Assembly (NCBI GenBank): GCA_963771465.1
Contig: CAVYTU010000012.1
Span: forward strand, 192,001 to 256,000
Origin: an uncultured delta proteobacterium
GTDB taxonomy: Bacteria > Desulfobacterota > Binatia > UBA9968
Reading direction: 5' to 3'
Length of the DNA: 64,000 nt
The notes under the pieces are model-generated. The model saw only the letters and a program-made list of their open reading frames with translations. It made no database searches and was not told where the DNA came from. Both the position numbers and the translations under genes were made by a program. Position 1 is the stretch's first letter; each line of letters opens with the position of its first letter. This document shows, piece by piece, positions 19,609 through 32,744 of this stretch.

Positions 19609-20376
19609 ATGGAACTGGCTGAACAGCGAAACCTTTCCGATCGGCTCGATTGGCTGGTGGATTGGCTCTATCCGCCGCGCTGCCGCGCTTGCGCCGGGCG
19701 GATTCATGGGCGGGATGCGGAATATTTCTGCGCGGCTTGCTGGTGCCAGATCCAATTGGTTTGCCATCCGCTCTGTCGGATTTGCGGCCGGCCATTTCCC
19801 GATGCCGGCGGTGACGATCATACCTGCGGCGTTTGTCTGGAGCGCGCACCGCGTTTCGCCGCGGCGCGCGCTTGGGCCTGCTATCCGAGAGAAGAGTCGG
19901 CGGAACATCCGCTGCGTCAAGTGGTGCATAAATACAAATACGGCCGCAAGGTCGCGCTCGGCAAACCACTCGGACGGTTGATGGCGCGCGGCTGTGCGGA
20001 GTTTCTCAGTGAATTTCACGCTGACTTGATCGTTCCGGTGCCGCTCCATGGACGAAGATTGCGCTGGCGCGGCTTCAATCAATCGTTGCTCTTGGCACGC
20101 CAAGTGAGCCGAGCTTACACCGTGCCGGTCGATCCCTTCGTCCTGCAACGGCGCAAGGAAACCGCGGCGCAAACCCAGCTTCCCGAAGACGACCGGAGGC
20201 GCAATGTGCGCGGCGCCTTTGCGCTTCATCCGGACAAATCGGTGAAAGACAAAACGGTCTTGTTGATCGACGATGTTTACACCTCGGGCGCGACAGTAAA
20301 TGAATGCAGCCAAACTTTGAAGCGAGCCGGCGCCAACGAAGTCTACGTGCTGACGCTGGCGCGGGCGGTTTACTAA
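19609..20376 (+). CDS. comF: ComF family protein (zinc ribbon plus PRTase)
   Basis: CxxC clusters, VPVPLH, RGFNQS, LLIDDVYTSGAT. Confidence 0.9.
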   Translation: MELAEQRNLSDRLDWLVDWLYPPRCRACAGRIHGRDAEYFCAACWCQIQLVCHPLCRICGRPFPDAGGDDHTCGVCLERAPRFAAARAWACYPREESAEHPLRQVVHKYKYGRKVALGKPLGRLMARGCAEFLSEFHADLIVPVPLHGRRLRWRGFNQSLLLARQVSRAYTVPVDPFVLQRRKETAAQTQLPEDDRRRNVRGAFALHPDKSVKDKTVLLIDDVYTSGATVNECSQTLKRAGANEVYVLTLARAVY

Positions 20377-20380
20377 GGAG

Positions 20381-20977
20381 ATGCAAGGATCACTCTTGTC
20401 TCAAGAAGATCAAGTAAGATGGGATAAGCAGCACGCCGATTCTGCGGACACCGCACAACCGGCGAGTTTCTTGCGACAAGTTTTCGCAACCGACGCTTGG
20501 GCATTGCCGCGCGGGCGAGCCTTGGACATCGCCTGCGGCAAGGGGCGAAATTCTCTGTATCTTGCCGAGCTCGGCTTCGAAGTCGCCGCCATGGATATTT
20601 CTGCTGTGGCATTGGACGAAGCGCGCACACGAGCCAAATCGAGGCAGCTTTGCATCGATTGGCGCCAATCCGATCTCGAAGTCGTGCAACTCGCTGAAGC
20701 TGTGTTCGATCTAGTGGTCAACTTCAACTACTTGCAGCGCTCGCTGATTCCGCAAATCATGGGCGCGGTGAAGGTCGGCGGTTACGTTATCTTCGAAACC
20801 TATTTGATCGATCAAAGGGAGATCGGTCAGCCGAAAAATCCTGATTATCTGCTCGGCCACAACGAGTTGCTTGAACACTTCCGCGATTTCCGGGTGCTTT
20901 ACTATCGCGAGGGAAAATTCACTGAAGGCGAGGAAGCTTCCTATCGCGCCGGTATCCTAGCGCAGAGAACTGTGTGA
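20381..20977 (+). CDS. Class I SAM-dependent methyltransferase (TehB-like)
   Basis: RALDIACGKGRNS, FDLVVNFNYL. Confidence 0.85.
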   Translation: MQGSLLSQEDQVRWDKQHADSADTAQPASFLRQVFATDAWALPRGRALDIACGKGRNSLYLAELGFEVAAMDISAVALDEARTRAKSRQLCIDWRQSDLEVVQLAEAVFDLVVNFNYLQRSLIPQIMGAVKVGGYVIFETYLIDQREIGQPKNPDYLLGHNELLEHFRDFRVLYYREGKFTEGEEASYRAGILAQRTV

Positions 20978-20999
20978 GAACCCCATCGGATCTGGTTTT

Positions 21000-21683
21000 A
21001 TGGCGGTAACGATGCTTAACACCGACATCACGCATCGCTCGGCTCGATGGCTCGACCGCACCGAATATCGCCTTTGCTGTCCCCGTTGCCGCCGGCCGCG
21101 CAGCGGCTGCTACTGCTCCGTGATTTCGCCGTTCGAATCCGAGCCGCGTTTTATCATTCTCAGCCAGCCGCGCGAGGCCAAGCACCGGCTCGGCACGGGA
21201 CGCATGGCTCATCTTTGTTTAGCCAACTCGGCGCTTTTCCAAGGCGTCGATTTTTCCGATGACGATCGGGTGAATCGCGAGATTGGCGACCCGGCGAATT
21301 GTCCCGTCTTACTGTACCTAAGCCGATTCTCCATCAACCTGTCACGGCTGGTTGAGAGTGAACGACAGAGGTTGTTTACCAATGATCGTAAGCTCGTCGT
21401 TTTCGTTTTGGACGGAACCTGGAAGAGCGTGCGTAAAATGATTCGTTTGAGCAAAAACCTGGCGCGTCTGCCGACGATCTGTTTCGATCCGCCGACGCCG
21501 TCGGCATATCGGATTCGCCGCGAACCGCGCCCGCAATGTTATTCGACCATCGAGGCGATCCATCAAGTGATCGAACTGTTCACATTCGAGGCTGCCCCTT
21601 ACGGTCCATTTTCCCGGCCCCATGACACGATGCTCGGTGTCCTTCGTTCCGTGATTGAGCGCCAGTTGACCTACACGGCTTAG
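21000..21683 (+). CDS. DTW-domain tRNA-uridine aminocarboxypropyltransferase (TapT-like)
   Basis: CPRC...CYC, LDGTW, YSTIEA. Confidence 0.87.
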   Translation: MAVTMLNTDITHRSARWLDRTEYRLCCPRCRRPRSGCYCSVISPFESEPRFIILSQPREAKHRLGTGRMAHLCLANSALFQGVDFSDDDRVNREIGDPANCPVLLYLSRFSINLSRLVESERQRLFTNDRKLVVFVLDGTWKSVRKMIRLSKNLARLPTICFDPPTPSAYRIRREPRPQCYSTIEAIHQVIELFTFEAAPYGPFSRPHDTMLGVLRSVIERQLTYTA

Positions 21684-21737
21684 CCGACCGCGCCTTGGCG
21701 CCGGCCCGGTCTGAGCGCCGCTTGGCGCAATCGGCCG

Positions 21738-21766
21738 TTGTTAATATCACAATATTCACATATAAT
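21738..21766 (+). promoter_or_regulatory. sigma70 promoter of the sahR-metH operon with candidate operator
   Basis: TTGTTA-17 bp-TATAAT; imperfect 20-bp palindrome ATATCACAATATTCACATAT (21744-21763). Confidence 0.6.
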
Positions 21767-21786
21767 GATTGACTAAGAGTCGATCC

Positions 21787-22775
21787 ATGGATTTTGTTCG
21801 CACACTCAAGGCTTTGGCCGATCCTTTGCGCCTGCGGGTTCTTGCCGCGGTGGCGGAAGAAGAGTTGACCGTCGGTGAAGTTCGCGAAGTGGTGGCTTCG
21901 GTGCAATCGTCGGTGTCGCGCAATCTGGCGATGTTGCGCGACGCCGGCTTCGTGCGCGACCGCAAGGAAGGCACCAACGTGTATTTTTCGGTGCGTCCGG
22001 ATATGGCGGCGCCGGCGCGCGAGCTGTTCAAGTCGCTGCAGTCGCGCTTTGCCGAGATCCCGGAGGTCAGAGGTGATCAAGCGCGCTTAGCGGAGTGCCG
22101 GCGCCGACGACTGCGCCGATCGGCCGGTTATTTCGAATCGGTGGCCGGGGACTGGGAGCGCATTCGCAAAAGCTATTTCGACGACCGCGTGACTTCATTG
22201 GCCATCGAGAAACTCTTGCCGCGGGATTTGACCCTGGCCGATATCGGTTGTGGCACGGGCAGTCTGACCTTTGAATTGGCGCGCTTCGCGCATAAAGTTA
22301 TCGGTGTCGACTTATCGTCGGAAATGCTTCGGCGCGCGCGCGGCGTCGCCGAAGAGCGGCGGATTCACAACGTCGAGTTCCAACAAGGGGACGCGCTCAA
22401 GTTACCGCTGGCTGCGCACAGCGTGGATGCGGCGTTTTGCGTCATGGTGTTGCATTTTCTCCCTGATCCGGCGCGCGCCGTCGCCGGCTTGTGCCGCATC
22501 GTTCGACCGGGCGGTTCGGTGATACTCGTCGACTTGGTGCAGCATAACCAGGAGTGGATGCGCGAACAGATGGCGCATCGATGGCTTGGCTTCGAGCGCA
22601 AAGCGATGGAACGGTGGTTTCGTGACGCCGGGATTGCCGACTTGGATTACGATCTGACGGGTTCGTTTGCCGGTGAAAAAATGGCGCGCAACGGCAATCG
22701 GCCGGTGGAGATATTCGTCGCCCGTGCAAGTATGCCAGCGAAGGCAACCGGAGAATTAGCGAGAAAGAAAAATAA

Positions 22776-22779
<4 letters not shown>
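21787..22779 (+). CDS. sahR: ArsR HTH plus SAM-binding methyltransferase-fold regulator (SahR-like)
   Basis: [13 protein letters not shown]...SVSRNLAML ArsR domain; ADIGCGTG; overlaps the metH start. Confidence 0.8.
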
Positions 22780-26474
<3,695 letters not shown>

Positions 26475-26533
26475 GCCCTGCGGTTTGTTTAGCATGTAAA
26501 GCTTCATCCGCGAGCGTCGTCGTATTTCAACGT

Positions 26534-26549
26534 TTCCGGAATTCCGGAA
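26534..26549. promoter_or_regulatory. Perfect 16-bp palindrome, candidate operator upstream of the cupin gene
   Basis: TTCCGGAATTCCGGAA, 40 bp before the ATG. Confidence 0.4.
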
Positions 26550-26588
26550 TGTCGAAGAGGGTTAGCAAAGTAAAGGAGGCAATGAAGG

Positions 26589-27734
26589 ATGGCGCAAGAT
26601 TTTGTCGGTACCAAACGCTGGATACGGCCGGCCACTCCCTATGAGCTTTACATGGAGGAGCAAAATCTCCCCATCCATCGCGGGACGGTGGGATTCTACG
26701 ACCTCCGCGACCTGACTTTAGGATCTTGGCAGCGCATGGGCGCGCAAGGCGCCTTCATTGAGCTCAACGGCTGCGGCGGGCTCCAAGGGATGTACGTCAT
26801 CGAGGTGCCCGGTGCCGGCGTCATCACTCCTGAAAAGCACATGTACGAGGAGATTTTCTACGTGATCGAGGGACGCGGCACGACGGAAATCTGGAGCGAT
26901 GACGCCACCAAGAAACAGACCTTTGAATGGCAAGCGGGCAGCCTGTTCTCGCCGCCGCTAAACACTTGGCACCGCATCGTCAACGCCACCTCGAGCCCAG
27001 CGTTACTACTCGGCGTGACCAATGCGCCGCCGATTTTTCAGCTGTACCGGAGCCAGGACGCCCTGTTCAACAATCCGTACCAGTTCAAGGATCGTTATGA
27101 TGGCAGTGCGGATTATTTTAAAGCGCAAACCTCGCTCGGCAAAGATCCGCGCCACGGCCGCGCGCGCAACTACGGTAATATTATCCCGGATGCCGATCGC
27201 GTCGAGCTGCCGCTCGATGGCCAGCGCGGCGTCGGGCACCGAACTTTTTTCTGGAACCTGTCCGGCAATAGTTTTCAGGGGTTCATCGCGCAATACGCGC
27301 CCGGTCGCTATTCCCGCTGTCATGCCCATGAAGCTGGCCCGGTTTTACTTTGTCTCGGCGGCAAGGGTTACACGATCACATGGCCCGGCGAAGCGGGGAC
27401 GACGCCTTGGGCGGATGGCAAGGGCGAATTGGTGCAGCGACAGGACTACAAAGCTGGCGGTATCGTGAGCGCCGCTCCCGGCGACGCCGGTTGGTTCCAC
27501 GGCCACTATGGCGCTTCGAAAGAACCCTTGCGTGTGCTGGCCTTTCTGGGCGGCTATCCTCGGCGGGTCAAGGGTGTGCCCGGTGTCGATTGGCGCGGCT
27601 TGAATCTCGACATCAAAGAGGGTGGCAACACCATCGAGTATCGCGACGAAGATCCGCATATCCGCAAAATGTTTCAAGAGCAATTGGCCAAGGAAGGCGC
27701 GGACTTCAACATGCCTAATGATGCGTATTTGTAA
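26589..27734 (+). CDS. Bicupin protein (gentisate-dioxygenase-like fold)
   Basis: KHMYEEIFYV.EG.G, PLNTWH; second cupin CHAH...WFHGH; GGAGG RBS. Confidence 0.78.
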   Translation: MAQDFVGTKRWIRPATPYELYMEEQNLPIHRGTVGFYDLRDLTLGSWQRMGAQGAFIELNGCGGLQGMYVIEVPGAGVITPEKHMYEEIFYVIEGRGTTEIWSDDATKKQTFEWQAGSLFSPPLNTWHRIVNATSSPALLLGVTNAPPIFQLYRSQDALFNNPYQFKDRYDGSADYFKAQTSLGKDPRHGRARNYGNIIPDADRVELPLDGQRGVGHRTFFWNLSGNSFQGFIAQYAPGRYSRCHAHEAGPVLLCLGGKGYTITWPGEAGTTPWADGKGELVQRQDYKAGGIVSAAPGDAGWFHGHYGASKEPLRVLAFLGGYPRRVKGVPGVDWRGLNLDIKEGGNTIEYRDEDPHIRKMFQEQLAKEGADFNMPNDAYL

Positions 27735-27918
27735 GTCATGTGATGTCCGTCGCCCCGACTGAGTTGTCCACAGGAACTCCGGCAGCGGCGATCGAGCCTG
27801 CCGCATAAGCCGTTCACGTCTGCTCGTCAGCGAAGAGTGGGGTCCAGAAGGCGAACGCTTAAGGAATGACGACTCGCTTTGATGGATTCTGTTTTGCTCA
27901 AAACTAGGCTTGCTTCAA

Positions 27919-28629
27919 TCAATGGCGAGAGAGCGCGGCAGCGCTGGTCTTAGTTTCCGTCAAGAGACCGCCCAACTTTCTAAGCTTGTAGTGCGCTGAT
28001 CCATACACCAATCCCTCATCTAAGCGGCAGCCCAGGCCAACCGTCAACAGGAGTTGGCTATGATATTCCATATCCATCTTGTGCTCGATTTCGACGTGAT
28101 AGCCGTCGATGAGGCCCGCCGGAGTGCTGAACTGCGACCGTGAAATTCGTTTTACTAAATGAGTTACGCGGCCGGCGCGTTTGAGCTTGCCGGTCTCGAC
28201 GCTATACATTTTATACCCCGTCTGGCGCACAACGGCGTCGGCGGAATCGATCTTGGCCGGCAGCACGCTTAGCGCCGGTTCATAGGTGACATAGCTCTTG
28301 CTTTTGAACAGATCGAGCCGATCCATAATCAGGGCCCCCGAGCTGCTGCGCAGGGAGATGCGTCCGTAGTCGCCGAAGCTGAACGTCCATCTTTTTTCAT
28401 CCGTAGGATCAGCCTGGAATGTCACCGGCACCAGTCTTCCCTGGTCCTTGCCGTCGATGATCTTGAATTCCTTCTGCGAGCTGGTGAACGGTATTAGTTC
28501 AGTGGCGGTGACATGCTGCGGTAGGGAACGCTGCGGTGTGATGCCGGCGAGCGTCCCCGTGGCCACTAAAAGCGCAACAACGAAAACGATAAGGCGTGCA
28601 CAATACATCGATTGCTGATGCTCCTTCAA
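27919..28629 (-). CDS. Hypothetical secreted protein
   Basis: 236-aa ORF with hydrophobic signal peptide; no recognised motif. Confidence 0.6.
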   Translation of the reverse strand: MKEHQQSMYCARLIVFVVALLVATGTLAGITPQRSLPQHVTATELIPFTSSQKEFKIIDGKDQGRLVPVTFQADPTDEKRWTFSFGDYGRISLRSSSGALIMDRLDLFKSKSYVTYEPALSVLPAKIDSADAVVRQTGYKMYSVETGKLKRAGRVTHLVKRISRSQFSTPAGLIDGYHVEIEHKMDMEYHSQLLLTVGLGCRLDEGLVYGSAHYKLRKLGGLLTETKTSAAALSRH

Positions 28630-28791
28630 GCAATATTACAAAGGCGCTGGAGCAAGAAACAACCGCTTCCGAGTCACCACTGTGCCTTCAGTGTACCGGG
28701 ATAAAAGCAAAATGAAAGTGGGGATTTCCGCGATTGCGCTCGGCAGGGCTCTTGGCTTGATTCCAGGCTCAATGATTCTTAGTCTCTTAGA

Positions 28792-29538
28792 ATGGCAGAT
28801 CGGGTTCAAAGTCCCAGAGCGGGAAACCAAGCGACGACGGGAACGAAAATTGGCCACAAAAGATCCCTACTGAAGGGGTTTGCCCTACTTTTTCTGCTGC
28901 TAGCGCTACCAGCCGCCTGGCGCTGGACACCGCTCAATCACTGGGTGGACTTCGAAAGGGTAGTCGTTTTCCAGGAGGTCGTGCGCAGCCATCCCGCGGC
29001 ATTTTTATGGGTCCTGGCCATCTACCTCCTAGCAACTGTGGTGCTTTTTCCTATGACTATGCTGAATGTCGCAACGGTTTTGACGTTTGGCCCATTTCTG
29101 GGAAACGCGTATGCGTTGGCAGGTTGGTTGCTCAGTGCGACCGTCGGTTACGGCAGCGGCCGCATGCTCGGACAAGAGATGCTTCACAGAATCGTCGGAC
29201 CCCGGCTCGATCGCCTCATCCAACAGGTCGGACATCACGGTTTTCTTACCGTGTTAACGATACGTGTCCTCCCGGTAGCGCCCTTTACTCTTGCCAATCT
29301 CTTTGTCGGCGCGTCGGGAATTCGTTTTCGTGATTTCTTTTTAGCCAGTGTGGTCGGCCGAATTCCCGGAATTTTGGTTTTGAGCGTCGCCGGCGTCCAT
29401 ATTGAAAACGCCCTCCGCAAACCCTCGACGGGAAGTTTTATTCTACTCGGGCTGGTGTTGATCTTGATTCCCTTGTTGACCGTGTGGCTATCGAAGCGAT
29501 TCGCCGCGGCTCACAACCGGCGACGGACTTCGACCTAG
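28792..29538 (+). CDS. TVP38/TMEM64 (VTT/DedA-like) membrane protein
   Basis: FGPFLG, RVLPVAPFTLAN, GRIPG. Confidence 0.85.
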   Translation: MADRVQSPRAGNQATTGTKIGHKRSLLKGFALLFLLLALPAAWRWTPLNHWVDFERVVVFQEVVRSHPAAFLWVLAIYLLATVVLFPMTMLNVATVLTFGPFLGNAYALAGWLLSATVGYGSGRMLGQEMLHRIVGPRLDRLIQQVGHHGFLTVLTIRVLPVAPFTLANLFVGASGIRFRDFFLASVVGRIPGILVLSVAGVHIENALRKPSTGSFILLGLVLILIPLLTVWLSKRFAAAHNRRRTST

Positions 29539-29565
29539 TAGTGAATGCAGGCCTCCAGCGTAGAA

Positions 29566-30831
29566 TCAAAGTAACTCTCTGATCGGAAAAGAGAAGAGCT
29601 CGAAGAACTTTTCCTTAAATCCGCGCGAGTCCCACTCCTGGTAGGATATCTTTTTGGCATGCTTGAGGTCCTCATCAAAAATCTCTTCGAGACGGTGGGC
29701 GAAGGCGCTGTCGTAAACGGTAAGATTCAGTTCTTCGTTCAGAGCGAATGATCGGTTGTCAAAGTTGGTGCTGCCGATGGTTGCCCAAACGCCGTCCACA
29801 ACCATGGTTTTAGCGTGCATAAGCGCGGGCAAATATTCGAAAATCTGAACACCCGCGAGCAGCAGCCGGCCGAAGTTGCGACGGCTGGCTCGATAGACAA
29901 TCTTATGGTCTATCTTATCGGGCACCAACACGGTTACCCGGACTCCCCGGGCAGCGGCCTCCAGCAAAACATTGATCATCCGATCGTCGGGGATGAAGTA
30001 CGGATTGGTGATCAGAATGGATTTTCGCGCTGATGCGATCGAGATCAAAAAGAGCATGTAGTTTTGAAAGCTGCCGCCGACAGGCGAGCTTTTGACGATT
30101 TGCGCCGAAATTTTTCCGCGCGGCTCAAGGCGAGGAAAATAATGATCGCCGCCGAGCAGGGCCCCGGTCGCCTCAAGCCAACTCTCCGCAAACGCGCTTT
30201 GAAGATTTTTTACGATCGGACCCTCGATCCGCGCATTGGTTTCCCGCCAATGATCTGCGGTGCGGCCGTCTCCGGTCCAGGCTTCACTGATTCCATACCC
30301 GCCGGTGAAGCCGATCCGTCCATCGATCACGAGAATCCGGCGATGGTTGCGATAGTTGTATCTCAGCAACTTCCAAATGAAGATCACCTGCGGCGCTTCG
30401 ACCCTGCGAAACAACTCCACCTGACAACCGGCATCGCGCATCATGTCGGGAATCTCGGCGGGCGTATTGGTTCCATGGCTATCTAAAAGGATGTTGACGA
30501 CAACTCCGGCTCGGCAGCGTTCGGCAAATGCCTTCGCCAACTCGTAAGCGATCGAGCCGTCTTCGTAGAGGTACTGGGCGAAGGTGATCGTCTGGGTTGC
30601 GCCTTTTATGTCACGCAACATGGCTGGGAAGGTTTCATCGCCATTGAGCAAGATATCGACACGGCTGCCGCCGATGATCGGCGCATCGGTGTGAGCTTCG
30701 ATGGTGGGGAAAAATGACGGTTCGCCGAGAGTCATGTCGGGGATTTTGTAGACCGGGAGGACTTTGGCGCAGCTCAATAACAGCAATACTACAAGCAACC
30801 AGGTAGCAGGTTTCATAATCGTGAACTCCAC
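29566..30831 (-). CDS. Cardiolipin synthase / phospholipase D family protein
   Basis: LLNGDETFP, NHRRILVIDG, MHAKTMVVDG...GSTNFDNRS; lipobox-like LLLSC. Confidence 0.9.
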   Translation of the reverse strand: MEFTIMKPATWLLVVLLLLSCAKVLPVYKIPDMTLGEPSFFPTIEAHTDAPIIGGSRVDILLNGDETFPAMLRDIKGATQTITFAQYLYEDGSIAYELAKAFAERCRAGVVVNILLDSHGTNTPAEIPDMMRDAGCQVELFRRVEAPQVIFIWKLLRYNYRNHRRILVIDGRIGFTGGYGISEAWTGDGRTADHWRETNARIEGPIVKNLQSAFAESWLEATGALLGGDHYFPRLEPRGKISAQIVKSSPVGGSFQNYMLFLISIASARKSILITNPYFIPDDRMINVLLEAAARGVRVTVLVPDKIDHKIVYRASRRNFGRLLLAGVQIFEYLPALMHAKTMVVDGVWATIGSTNFDNRSFALNEELNLTVYDSAFAHRLEEIFDEDLKHAKKISYQEWDSRGFKEKFFELFSFPIRELL

Positions 30832-31046
30832 AGTGTTACTACTTCACCGACATATTAAAACACATTAAAGAGCTCAATTCAGGACTGGCAAAACTAGCTG
30901 GGTCAACACTCAGGCATGACCCTCCTGGTTTTTTGTTCCCTTGCGAAGCGCCAAATTGATGCAATCGCTCGGTGCAGGCCCGCAGGGTGTTGCATGCTAC
31001 CCTAAAAAAGAGTCGAGGTGTGAGAACTGAGCAGGGGAAGCTTCTA

Positions 31047-31835
31047 TCAACTCGCCGCCAGTTGCACAAAGCGCTTTTTCATTTGGTCCATTTGAGTGAG
31101 GTAGCGCGGCAGGCTATGAGTGCCGCAAAGCTCGCCCGGCGCTACGCGAAAGCCGCGGGCGGTGAAGGTTTCTCCTCGTCTCACTCCGCACAGATGAATA
31201 ACTGCAGCCAGTTGTTGTTTTTGCACCCGGCTGGCCTTTGCGGGGCGACGAGCCGCCAGAATATCGACCACGCTCTGGTGCAGATAGGCGGAGGTCATTT
31301 CAACCGCATGGCTCGGCAGCGTTCGAGTGTAGAAGGCATTGAACCAGCAGGAACGCGGATCGTCCCACGGGCCTTCGGTCACAACGGTATGATCGCGGAT
31401 GCAATATTTGCGCATCGCCGCGAAAGTTCCGTCGGTGAGTTGAAACATGCCGAGCGCGCTCGAGGCCGGGCGATAGATTTCAAACAGGTTCCACGACCAT
31501 TGCCAGCGCCAGTAGGTGCGCGCAACGGGATTCCCGTCGCTCTCGAGTTGGGCCAGCGCGGCGAGTAATTCAGGCGGAATAATATTTGTCGAGTACTCCT
31601 GGAAAAGCGCACCGTAACTTTGCCAGGTAGCCGCGGGACTTTTTGATAGGGAGCCGCTAATCGGGGCGAACAGTTCACCAGGCTTCCGGATCACCTGATA
31701 GATCAAGTTAAGCGCAAAAAAACCGGCGATCCCAAGAACGCACCACCGGACGAATGCTCCTTTCCACTGGAGCTTGGTAGAACGTCTCGACTTTCGCCTG
31801 CGATATCGGACGCCGCTATAGACGGTAGCTGTCAC
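31047..31835 (-). CDS. Lytic transglycosylase SLT-domain protein
   Basis: N-terminal TM; LLAALAQLESDGN, ALGMFQLT. Confidence 0.8.
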   Translation of the reverse strand: MTATVYSGVRYRRRKSRRSTKLQWKGAFVRWCVLGIAGFFALNLIYQVIRKPGELFAPISGSLSKSPAATWQSYGALFQEYSTNIIPPELLAALAQLESDGNPVARTYWRWQWSWNLFEIYRPASSALGMFQLTDGTFAAMRKYCIRDHTVVTEGPWDDPRSCWFNAFYTRTLPSHAVEMTSAYLHQSVVDILAARRPAKASRVQKQQLAAVIHLCGVRRGETFTARGFRVAPGELCGTHSLPRYLTQMDQMKKRFVQLAAS

Positions 31836-32089
31836 GTAGTAAGATTAGCCCCTCGGACAATTTGCAGCAAGACTGCGTTGGACTCATTGAATGTTAATTT
31901 GTCGCCAGGCCCGACCCCACCCCCGCGAGACTTGTCCTCGACTATGACTCTGACTAGAGTGAGCTAGGAGTCGCGAGGATTCGACTTCGACAATTCCGTC
32001 GTAACCGCCGAGTCGTAAAGGTCTGAATCGGTTGCGCCGGCGCCGCAATCCAGGATGCAACGCCGGCAATCAACTACGAACGGAAAAGA

Positions 32090-32581
32090 GTGAGTTTTGT
32101 GACACCACTCGCCTGTCCAATATGTTCTGCGGAATTCGTAAAGCGGGTTACCAAATACGGCTTCAAGGAGCGTCTACTGGGTCGAATTGGCGTTTATTCT
32201 TTTAGATGCCAGATTTGCCGGCACCGTTTCCGCGCTCTGCAACGGAGTATTCGATATCCCAGCAATGAGAAGGATCAACGCGAATACGAACGACTCGCCA
32301 TGAATTTCCCGATATCCTTTGTCGGGGAAAATATCGCGGGAGCCGGAGCCGTCTTCGATATTTCCATCAATGGCTGCGGATTTGCCACTGACGTAGCATT
32401 AAGCGCGGGAAGCATCATGCGTTTGACGCTGCAAATCTCAAACGAGCTAGAGCCGATAACGATCGACGCGGCAGTCGTTCGCTATGTTCAGCACGACCGC
32501 ATAGGTGTTGAGTTTTTACGGGTTCAACCAGCGGAGCAGGAACGGCTGCAAATGCATATCCGCGGCCTTCGGCGCAAGTAA
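32090..32581 (+). CDS. Zinc-ribbon plus PilZ domain protein
   Basis: CPIC...CQIC; RxxxR (REYER) and DxSxxG (DISING). Confidence 0.82.
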   Translation: MSFVTPLACPICSAEFVKRVTKYGFKERLLGRIGVYSFRCQICRHRFRALQRSIRYPSNEKDQREYERLAMNFPISFVGENIAGAGAVFDISINGCGFATDVALSAGSIMRLTLQISNELEPITIDAAVVRYVQHDRIGVEFLRVQPAEQERLQMHIRGLRRK

Positions 32582-32744
32582 GGCCGTGACGGCAATACTC
32601 ATAGTAACGGGTTCAGCGTCAAACACACCCGACTAGTCGGCAGGTCGCGACCGGAGTCGTCGGAGTTAAAACACAACACACGTTCTAGGGGACAGGCCTT
32701 TCAATCTGACAAATCTGAGCCAAGACCCTTTTGTTCCCGTTCCG

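Noticed and set aside
19387-20313. Long antisense ORFs (also 32760-33701, 22938-23735, 36379-37194, 37281-38060)
   Set aside because: Shadow or alternate frames overlapping well-supported genes in GC-rich DNA; no motifs.
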